From assembly GCA_018303405.1 (NCBI GenBank), contig JAGVYD010000009.1:64856-128855 (forward strand): 64,000 bases of DNA. Reading direction: 5' to 3'. The notes under the pieces were generated by a model. The model worked only from the letters and a program-made list of their open reading frames with translations, was not told the DNA's origin and did not search any database. The stretch is from Candidatus Woesearchaeota archaeon. Lineage in GTDB: Archaea > Nanobdellota > Nanobdellia > Woesearchaeales > JABMPP01. How positions within the stretch are numbered: position 1 is the stretch's first letter; each line of letters starts with the position of its first letter. The position numbers and the translations under genes are program-made. Of the stretch, positions 57,630-64,000 are shown one piece after another.

Positions 57630-58385
57630 ATGAAAAAATCAGTTTATTTCAAAAGCAGAGGGATAAAAGTCAGTGCTGTTCTGAGCAAGCCAAAAAATAT
57701 GATGCTTAATGATTTTGCCATTGTTTTTTGCCATGGGCTTTCCAGCAATAAAGATGGCAGCACAATCCGTGGATTAAGCAGAATGCTTAACAGAAAAGGC
57801 ATCTGCACTTTTGCCTTTGATTTTTCCGGGCACGGTAAAAGCATGGGCAAGTTCAGCGAGATCACGCATGACACGGCATTGCAAAACCTGGCTGATGCAA
57901 TTGCCTGGCTTAGAAAAAATGGATTCAAAAGATTCGGGATTTATGGCTCAAGCTTTGGCGGAGCGGTTGCAGTTGATTTTGAATCAGGGGAAAATGCGTC
58001 GAATTTTCTGGTATTGAAATGCCCATTATCAGAATATGGCAAACATATGCTAAAATCATTCAAGACCAGCAAGGCAGCATGGGAAAGAAAAAAATCCATC
58101 AAGACAGGATTTGGCACAATTGATTTTGCATTCTTCAAAAACGGCGCGAAACACAATCTATACTTGCGCGCAAACAAAATCAGAGTCCCGGCATTGATTG
58201 TACATGGCGACAAAGACGCAACGGTGCCCATTTCACACGCAAAAAAACTTTTCTCAAGCCTGGATGGAGAAAAAATGATGGTAACCATAACAGGGGCAGA
58301 CCATGAGTTCAGCGGAAAAAAGAGGAAAAAGGACATGATGATGGCAATCTATAACTTCATCATCCATTCACTGCCCAAACATTGA
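57630..58385 (+). CDS. Alpha/beta-fold hydrolase (dienelactone hydrolase/S9-like).
   Basis: The nucleophile elbow is GSSFGG. HGDKD and a C-terminal His are present. About 250 aa. Confidence 0.6.
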   Translation: MKKSVYFKSRGIKVSAVLSKPKNMMLNDFAIVFCHGLSSNKDGSTIRGLSRMLNRKGICTFAFDFSGHGKSMGKFSEITHDTALQNLADAIAWLRKNGFKRFGIYGSSFGGAVAVDFESGENASNFLVLKCPLSEYGKHMLKSFKTSKAAWERKKSIKTGFGTIDFAFFKNGAKHNLYLRANKIRVPALIVHGDKDATVPISHAKKLFSSLDGEKMMVTITGADHEFSGKKRKKDMMMAIYNFIIHSLPKH

Positions 58386-59441
58386 TTTAATCACAATTGT
58401 TGCATAGCTTCCTTTTGGCAGGGAGAATGAAACCGTGCATTTTTTCTTCCCGGTGTTCAAATCGTCGTCTTCTAAATCTGAAATAGTGAGATTTTGGACA
58501 TCGACAAATGCCTTGCGCAAATGGCCCTCGCTGCTCAGGCCAGGCAATTCGCGTATGATAAAATCACGCTGCCTAATTCCATACTTTGATAATAGCTCAT
58601 TCAATTTATGCATTAGAGATTCTTCATTTATTTCAGTGCCAAACCCCACCAAGGGAAGCTCTTGCTCGCTGCTTTTATTTTCCGGAAAACAAAATTCCAT
58701 ACCATTGTCGATAAATTCCCTGTATTTCCCCTTGCCTGATTTTATACAAGAGCATAAAAGCTCATTGAAAATTTTGCTTTGGACACTGTGGACAAAAATC
58801 ATCAAAAGCCTTTTATCAAGAGTGCGTATTTGCCTTATTGGATCTGAGTGCCCATGCATTGTATCGACATCATGTTTTTGCAGTTGCTTTGTAGCTGTTA
58901 AAAGGCTTAATGCATCATTCCATTTCTTCTGTATTATTGATATCCCGATTTGAAAATTAGCAGTTGAAAATCTCTGCGTATCAAAATAATTTGGAATGAA
59001 AGAAATTTTGTTGTGGATGGCATTTGCGTCAAGGTTTCGAACCACTATCTCAAAATTATTTCCTGAATTATCACCCAGATTAATCCGCTCATGGCCTCTG
59101 CCAAGATATTTAAGAGACAGGTTGCCAAGCTCAACAGGCTGTTTTTGGATTATTCCTTGGATAGAGATTACTTGCTGAGTCTGCGCCCTTTTATCCTTGT
59201 TGCCGGCATAGCCAAACTTTTTCTTCTCGATGCCGAAATGCCTCGCGAGCCGGGATATGGCCTCGCCTGTGGATACCCCTTCCTTTTCAAGGAGATAATA
59301 TGAATAAGTGCCATTATCCCCGAAGTCCGGCTTGAGGTCCTCTAGTACCCTGAAATCAGCATTAACCTGCTTTATTTTGTACATATCGGCTAGAAATGGG
59401 AAAGATTTTAAAGCGTTTGCCCGCATATTGTTCCAGTGCAT
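58368..59441 (-). CDS. truD: tRNA pseudouridine synthase TruD/Pus7 family.
   Basis: The N-terminus (NADFRVLEDL) matches the TruD block (PEDFVVEE). FGYAGNKDKRAQTQQ matches the catalytic-Asp region (GxKDxxA). It overlaps the upstream gene by 18 bp. Confidence 0.65.
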   Translation of the reverse strand: MHWNNMRANALKSFPFLADMYKIKQVNADFRVLEDLKPDFGDNGTYSYYLLEKEGVSTGEAISRLARHFGIEKKKFGYAGNKDKRAQTQQVISIQGIIQKQPVELGNLSLKYLGRGHERINLGDNSGNNFEIVVRNLDANAIHNKISFIPNYFDTQRFSTANFQIGISIIQKKWNDALSLLTATKQLQKHDVDTMHGHSDPIRQIRTLDKRLLMIFVHSVQSKIFNELLCSCIKSGKGKYREFIDNGMEFCFPENKSSEQELPLVGFGTEINEESLMHKLNELLSKYGIRQRDFIIRELPGLSSEGHLRKAFVDVQNLTISDLEDDDLNTGKKKCTVSFSLPKGSYATIVIKSMFGQ

Positions 59442-59516
59442 AATGGAGAACAGTGGTTCGGAGGGCCAAATGCAATGAGCGCCTCCTTAAGTGCGGTATC
59501 AAATGACACTCCATTT

Positions 59517-59634
59517 GCGCCCGTAGCGCAGCCTGGAAGCGCGATAGCCTCCTATTTGGTCTGACGCCCTAACACTTTTTGGGCGTCCCCAAAAAGTAAG
59601 CTATAGGTCCGGGGTTCGAATCCCCGCGGGCGCG
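59517..59634 (+). tRNA. tRNA-Arg (anticodon CCU) containing a 44-nt intron at the canonical 37/38 position.
   Basis: The acceptor stem is GCGCCCG/CGGGCGC. The D-arm is GCGC-AGCCTGGAA-GCGC. The anticodon stem is ATAGC/GCTAT with loop CTCCTA (U33, CCT, A37). The intron spans 59555-59598 and contains the helix GACGCCC...GGGCGTC. The variable loop is AGGTC. The T-arm is CGGGG-TTCGAAT-CCCCG. The discriminator is G. Confidence 0.8.
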
Positions 59635-59722
59635 TTTTAATTTCGCTGTAAAGTGAAACTTATGTAAGACGAAATTATGCGCGAAAAGCGGGAAACGAAC
59701 GGAGCAAAGCGAAGTGACTATT

Positions 59723-59737
59723 CCCGCGGGCGCGTTT
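59723..59737 (+). repeat. Direct repeat of the tRNA-Arg 3' end, an att-like footprint.
   Basis: CCCGCGGGCGCGTTT at 59723-59737 duplicates 59623-59637 (T-stem plus acceptor 3' strand plus trailer), starting 87 bp downstream of the tRNA. Confidence 0.5.
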
Positions 59738-59768
59738 AAAGCACATAAGCAAATGGACATAGATCATT

Positions 59769-60878
59769 ATGCTAAGCCTAATCCATATCCCGGAAGGGTA
59801 CAGGATGTTTCGCCGTGCGGGAAGAATCAGGCGTGACGGCTACATGAAATATCCCGGCAGTGCGGCTGAGATCTGCCTGCAGATAATCGAGCACTGCTGG
59901 AACAGGGAAAAGAAATATTTCCAGGTGAGCAGGGGCAATTATCCTGAATTCTATTGCAGGGATTTTGGCATATGCACTGAGGCGCTTATCAGGCTAGGCC
60001 AGAAAAACAAGGTTGCCATGACATTGGAATATGCGCTGGATACCTTCGCAAGGCATGGCAAAATCACACAAATCATTTCGCCAAATGGCAAGCCCTTTGA
60101 ATTTCCGAGCTTTTCATCAGACGCTTTGCCTTTTCTGCTCCGCAGCCTTAACCTTGCGGGTGCCAGGGATTTAATCATGAAACACAAGGATTTTCTGAAT
60201 AAGGAGATAATGAAATATTATAAAAGGGTTTATGACCCCAAAACAGGGCTTGTCAAGCCTGACCGGAACATCAGCGGCATGAAAGACTATGCCCTGAGGG
60301 TCTCCCCGTGCTACCACAACTGCATGATGGCCATGCTCGCCGGTGAAATTGGCAAGGCAAAGCTCAATAACCCATTCAGGGGGATGAATTTCAAGAAAAG
60401 GATTAAGGACAATTTCTGGAAAAAGACGCATTTCATAGATGACCTGTCAGGCAACAATGCAATAACTGGCGATGCAAATGTGTTCCCGTTCTGGTGCGGC
60501 ATTTTTACAGAGAAAAAGATGCTTAAGAGTGTCATCCAGACAATGCGCAGGAATGAGCTGGATTATCCAGTTCCTCTTCGCTATTTTCATAAGAAAACAA
60601 GGGAACATGACATGATCTGGCAAAATATTTTTGCAGGGGATTGGGAGCATGATGCCTGCTGGCTCCATCTTGGGATGTGCTATCTTGATATTGTCAAAGA
60701 AGGCGATTCAAAGATGTATGCCTTTTATCTGGACAAAGTTAGCGGGATAGTGGAGCATTATCAGAATTTCTATGAGGTTTTGGAGCCTAATGGCAAGCCT
60801 TTGATGGGCAGATTTTATTGCTCAGATGATGGGATGCTGTGGAGCTCAATGCTGCTGAGGCACCTGGTGGGAGCATGA
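59769..60878 (+). CDS. Hypothetical protein, possibly an (alpha/alpha)6-barrel glycoside-hydrolase-like enzyme.
   Basis: A 369-aa soluble protein rich in Trp, Tyr and acidic residues (DWEHDACWLHLGM) like glucoamylase or GH63-type six-hairpin enzymes. The assignment is weak. Its stop overlaps the next gene's start (ATGA). Confidence 0.35.
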   Translation: MLSLIHIPEGYRMFRRAGRIRRDGYMKYPGSAAEICLQIIEHCWNREKKYFQVSRGNYPEFYCRDFGICTEALIRLGQKNKVAMTLEYALDTFARHGKITQIISPNGKPFEFPSFSSDALPFLLRSLNLAGARDLIMKHKDFLNKEIMKYYKRVYDPKTGLVKPDRNISGMKDYALRVSPCYHNCMMAMLAGEIGKAKLNNPFRGMNFKKRIKDNFWKKTHFIDDLSGNNAITGDANVFPFWCGIFTEKKMLKSVIQTMRRNELDYPVPLRYFHKKTREHDMIWQNIFAGDWEHDACWLHLGMCYLDIVKEGDSKMYAFYLDKVSGIVEHYQNFYEVLEPNGKPLMGRFYCSDDGMLWSSMLLRHLVGA

Positions 60879-61654
60879 AGCTTAAAAGCATAACCAGCTT
60901 TGACGGGACAAAGATTAGCTATGCATTCAACAAGCCGGTGAAGAATAGCAGAAAATTCCTGGTATTCCTGCACGGCGACGCGAGCAATTATACTGTGTAT
61001 AAACCATTCCTTTCAAAGTATAGGGAACTGAACTGGATTGCGCTGAATATCAGGAATCATGGTGGGTCAGGGAGGGGCAGCATTAGTATTGGAAATATGG
61101 TCGAGGACCTCCATATTGTCTTGAAGCATGAAAATGCCCAGGAAAGCGTGCTGATTGGCAATTGCCTCGGGGCTGCAATTGCAGTTGAATTCACCAATAG
61201 GTATAAAGGAATGGCACATTCCCTGATACTTATTACGCCATTTTCTTCCGAGACTGTCAGGCTGCCATGGCTGTTCAGCGTCTTATCGTCATACATGCTT
61301 ATTTTCATCAGGCCATTTTCCAAGAAAAACCGGGCATTGAGGCTAAACGACTTCCACAAATACAAAAATAAGCCATTCTGGTATAGGCCGAGCCTTGACA
61401 TCAGGGGGACATCCTTGACAAACGGCTTTACAGTAATAAAGCTCTTGATAAACACAAAAATGAATCTGGAAAAGATCAAAAAAAAGGTCCTGATAATACT
61501 TTGCGAAAAGGATATTTTCATAAGGAAGAGCGCTGTTTACAACATCGCCGAGCAGAATGACCTCATCAGGGTCAAGATAATACGGTCAGGCCACAATCCG
61601 CTGACACAAAATCCCAGAGAGCTCTTAAGAGCCTGCAAGGCGGCAATTGGATGA
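60875..61654 (+). CDS. Alpha/beta-fold hydrolase.
   Basis: HGDASN...GNCLGAAIA has a GxCxG nucleophile elbow. A C-terminal SGHNP provides the catalytic His. It is translationally coupled to the upstream gene. Confidence 0.55.
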   Translation: MKLKSITSFDGTKISYAFNKPVKNSRKFLVFLHGDASNYTVYKPFLSKYRELNWIALNIRNHGGSGRGSISIGNMVEDLHIVLKHENAQESVLIGNCLGAAIAVEFTNRYKGMAHSLILITPFSSETVRLPWLFSVLSSYMLIFIRPFSKKNRALRLNDFHKYKNKPFWYRPSLDIRGTSLTNGFTVIKLLINTKMNLEKIKKKVLIILCEKDIFIRKSAVYNIAEQNDLIRVKIIRSGHNPLTQNPRELLRACKAAIG

Positions 61655-61673
61655 ATGGGACAATGGGATAAAG

Positions 61674-62387
61674 ATGATAAGCATAATAATACCGGCGCAT
61701 AATGAGGAAATGTATATTGACGGGATTCTTTCAGACCTCAAGAGGCAAAGGCACAAGGATTTCGAGGTGATTGTCTCCGACGACTTCTCAGAAGATAGGA
61801 CGGCGGCCTTGGCAAGAAAATCCGGGCTTAAAGGGATAAGGGTGATTGAGCACAAGAGCAGGAATGCCTCGGCTGCAAGGAATATTGGAGCAGGAGCTGC
61901 AAAAGGGGAAATCCTTGCTTTCATAGATGCTGACACCAGGATTTATGACACACATTTTATCGAAAAGATAGAGGAAGCATTCAAGGAAAACGGCGCCGGA
62001 GCCTGCTCAGTGAAGATAATGGTCAAGCCAGGCGAAGCTATTTGGCTCGACAATGTGATGCAGGGATTCTTCAATTTCAACGTCTGGTTTTCAAATAAAA
62101 TTGGGCTTTGGGGATCCAGGGGGGAATGCCAGATAGTGAGAAAGGACCTGTTCATAAAAGCAGGCGGCTATGTTCCCGAGATATACGTGGCTGAAGATGT
62201 AGAACTTTTCAAGCGACTCATGAGATTTACAAAACTGACATACCTCAACAATATTACAGTCTATGAATCTGCCAGACGCTACAGGAAGGAGGGATATTTC
62301 CTTACAACAATTAGGTACTGCTACAATGGCCTGTATGCATTTGTATTCAAGAAGTCCATATCAAGGCAGTGGAAGCCAATACGATAA
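61674..62387 (+). CDS. Family-2 glycosyltransferase (GT-A fold), soluble.
   Basis: ISIIIPAHNEE...VIVSDDFSED...FIDADT carry the DxD motif. About 237 aa. Confidence 0.7.
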   Translation: MISIIIPAHNEEMYIDGILSDLKRQRHKDFEVIVSDDFSEDRTAALARKSGLKGIRVIEHKSRNASAARNIGAGAAKGEILAFIDADTRIYDTHFIEKIEEAFKENGAGACSVKIMVKPGEAIWLDNVMQGFFNFNVWFSNKIGLWGSRGECQIVRKDLFIKAGGYVPEIYVAEDVELFKRLMRFTKLTYLNNITVYESARRYRKEGYFLTTIRYCYNGLYAFVFKKSISRQWKPIR

Positions 62388-62429
62388 TTACCAGCTGTGC
62401 GGCATAAGAGGGCTTGAATTCATGATGCA

Positions 62430-63641
62430 TCAATGCTTTATGGGCGCCAGGCCCAGATAGACTTTTTCAAGTTTTTCAACGCATTTTTTCAGATTGTGCT
62501 TGAGCGCCTCTTGCCTGGCTGCTTTTGATGCTTTTGCGTAAAGCCCTGACGAGCAGAGAAGCCTGACTGCATACTGCGCCATTTCCTGCGCATAATTTTG
62601 CCTTGCCACATATCCATTTATGCCATGATGAATCACGTCCGGCACGGCAAACCTGTCAACCCCTATGCATGGCAAACCACAGGACATTGCCTCAATTAAG
62701 ACCAGCCCCTGGGTTTCCATCGGGCTAGCTGTCATGAAAATATCGCTCTGCCTGTAGTAGCCACCCAGCATTTCCTGTTTCATAAACGCGATAAAGCTGA
62801 CATTTTTTGAAAGCCCCAGCTTTTCAGACAGGATTTTGATTGAGCCCAGTGCGGGCCCTTGCCCGATTATTGTCAGGTGTGCGTCAGGAACAGATTTTAT
62901 GACATGGCTGAACGCAAAAATCACCAGATCAACCCTTTTCTCATAGCTAACTCGTCCAACGTAGAGTATTTTTCGTGGCTTTTTTGGAAATTTTCTTTTA
63001 TTTGCAAAGATTTCCACCTTTATCCCATTAGAAATCGGCAAAATTGGCTTTTTCAGACCCCTGCTTTCCAATTCGCCTTTTATTGATGGCGAAGGAGTGA
63101 CTACCAAGTTGCACTTGTTATAAAGCCGGATTGTTGTCCTCCAAATCGTGCGTTTCATGAAACCGTCTTTTTTCGGCGGCAATGTCTGGCTCATTTTATG
63201 AGGGATGATATTTTCAATCAGTCCGTTGATGCCGAAAAGGTTCAGGGGGGAAAGGTATTTTACAAATTCCGATGCAAGGGTGTGGTATGTGCCGACCAAA
63301 GGGAGCCCCAGTTTTTTTGCTATCCTGGCGCCCAGATAGCCAAGTGTTGAATAGGTCTCAATATGGATGATGTCTGGCTTGAACGACCTGACTGATTGCA
63401 GGCATTTCCCATAAAGTGGAAAAACAAACCTAAAACTCCTGTAAGTAGGCATGCTAACTGAAAATATTCTTTGAACGGTAACATTCTTGGCAAGATTCAT
63501 TTCCTTTGATAATCCGTAGTCTGGCGCCACAATTAGGATTTCATGCCCCTTTCTTGCCAGTATTTCAACGCAATTCGCGATTGCTATTGATACACCATCG
63601 ACATTCGGATAGAAGGTGTCTGTGAATATGGCGATCCTCAT
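62430..63641 (-). CDS. Family-4 glycosyltransferase (GT-B fold).
   Basis: The N-terminus (MRIAIFTDTFYPNVDGVS) and the C-terminal E-x7-E region (ETQGLVLIEAMSCGLPCI) match GT4. About 400 aa. Confidence 0.75.
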   Translation of the reverse strand: MRIAIFTDTFYPNVDGVSIAIANCVEILARKGHEILIVAPDYGLSKEMNLAKNVTVQRIFSVSMPTYRSFRFVFPLYGKCLQSVRSFKPDIIHIETYSTLGYLGARIAKKLGLPLVGTYHTLASEFVKYLSPLNLFGINGLIENIIPHKMSQTLPPKKDGFMKRTIWRTTIRLYNKCNLVVTPSPSIKGELESRGLKKPILPISNGIKVEIFANKRKFPKKPRKILYVGRVSYEKRVDLVIFAFSHVIKSVPDAHLTIIGQGPALGSIKILSEKLGLSKNVSFIAFMKQEMLGGYYRQSDIFMTASPMETQGLVLIEAMSCGLPCIGVDRFAVPDVIHHGINGYVARQNYAQEMAQYAVRLLCSSGLYAKASKAARQEALKHNLKKCVEKLEKVYLGLAPIKH

Positions 63642-63838
63642 AGTCCATTATTTGATAATCCTGTTTAAATATTTTTGCGAGGGTTTATAAAGTAACATAT
63701 TATAACTGGATAATAGTCAAAAATTGGGGAATGGTGCATGTGATATTCAAATGATATGTCATTGAGGAAAAATAAATTACGAAAAATAAGCTATGGCGCG
63801 TTTTGAAAAATTGATACTGGGCAACAGGAAGGAATCAC

Positions 63839-64000
63839 ATGGAAAAAAGCAAACTCAACATGCAGAACCAGTTGATTTTTGCGAACATCATTTTTGGTGC
63901 GATCCTTGTGATGAGCTTTGTTGCCATACTCAACATCAAAAATTCGTTGGGAATAGCGATGTTCACCGCTGCCATGATCACGCTTTTTTATTTTTGGTGG
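63839..64000 (+). CDS. Membrane protein, N-terminal fragment. It runs off the window end.
   Basis: An ATG at 63839 opens a frame encoding MEKSKLNMQNQLIFANIIFGAILVMSFVAILNIK..., hydrophobic helices with no stop before the window end. An alternative overlapping frame from 63794 also exists. Confidence 0.3.
   Translation, partial: MEKSKLNMQNQLIFANIIFGAILVMSFVAILNIKNSLGIAMFTAAMITLFYFWW

Noticed and set aside
59569-59760. A 63-aa minus-strand ORF overlapping tRNA-Arg and the repeat.
   Set aside because: It overlaps a confidently folded tRNA and the att-like repeat. Coding is implausible.
1-64000. CRISPR arrays, rRNA genes, IS elements or integrases.
   Set aside because: I found no regularly spaced short repeats, rRNA-like segments, or transposase/integrase-like ORFs by eye. 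The only mobility hint is the tRNA 3'-end duplication.

Overview
This 64 kb window is a gene-dense archaeal chromosomal segment. Archaeal hallmarks are RadB, archaeal-type MBF1, translin, HerA-Mre11, an Lrp regulator, an intron-containing tRNA with a helical intron element, lipobox-type lipoproteins, and AT-rich TATA-like intergenic spacers. The gene content is compatible with a DPANN-like or euryarchaeal lineage, but I cannot assign it from the sequence alone.

There are about 60 protein genes plus two tRNAs. Housekeeping genes include glmS (partial), a GlmU-like nucleotidyltransferase, ribosomal protein uS2, GlyRS, AsnRS, AspRS, a YbaK-type deacylase, two adenylate-kinase-type proteins, FtsZ, a YchF-type ATPase, TruD, and a five-gene Liv-type ABC transporter.

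The most striking feature is a seven-gene minus-strand cell-surface glycan cluster at 6.3-17.1 kb. It holds five probable GT-C (PMT/ArnT-like) membrane glycosyltransferases, one of them fused to a polysaccharide-deacetylase-like domain. It also holds a processive GT2 synthase with a QxxRW motif and a membrane-anchored CxxC thioredoxin-like protein. The UDP-GlcNAc biosynthesis operon at the left edge, together with the fused deacetylase, suggests a PNAG- or chitin-like deacetylated polymer pathway that has not been described in this form.

Other points worth a second look:
- An A+T-rich putative horizontally acquired islet (DUF45 metallopeptidase plus bPH-domain membrane protein).
- A herA-mre11 pair lacking adjacent rad50/nurA, preceded by an Hjc-like PD-(D/E)xK gene and translin.
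- A Tat-motif-bearing peptidoglycan amidase (Amidase_2) in an archaeon.
- A Cys-containing 29-residue repeat protein downstream of ftsZ.
- A DUF3368/UPF0175-like toxin-antitoxin pair.
- A tRNA-Arg(CCU) with a 44-nt intron, followed 87 bp later by a 15-bp direct repeat of its 3' end (an integration footprint).
- A tandem family of small membrane proteins next to a Q/P/Y-rich coiled-coil protein.
- Intergenic inverted repeats suggesting a structured RNA.

No CRISPR array, rRNA or intact mobile element was seen.
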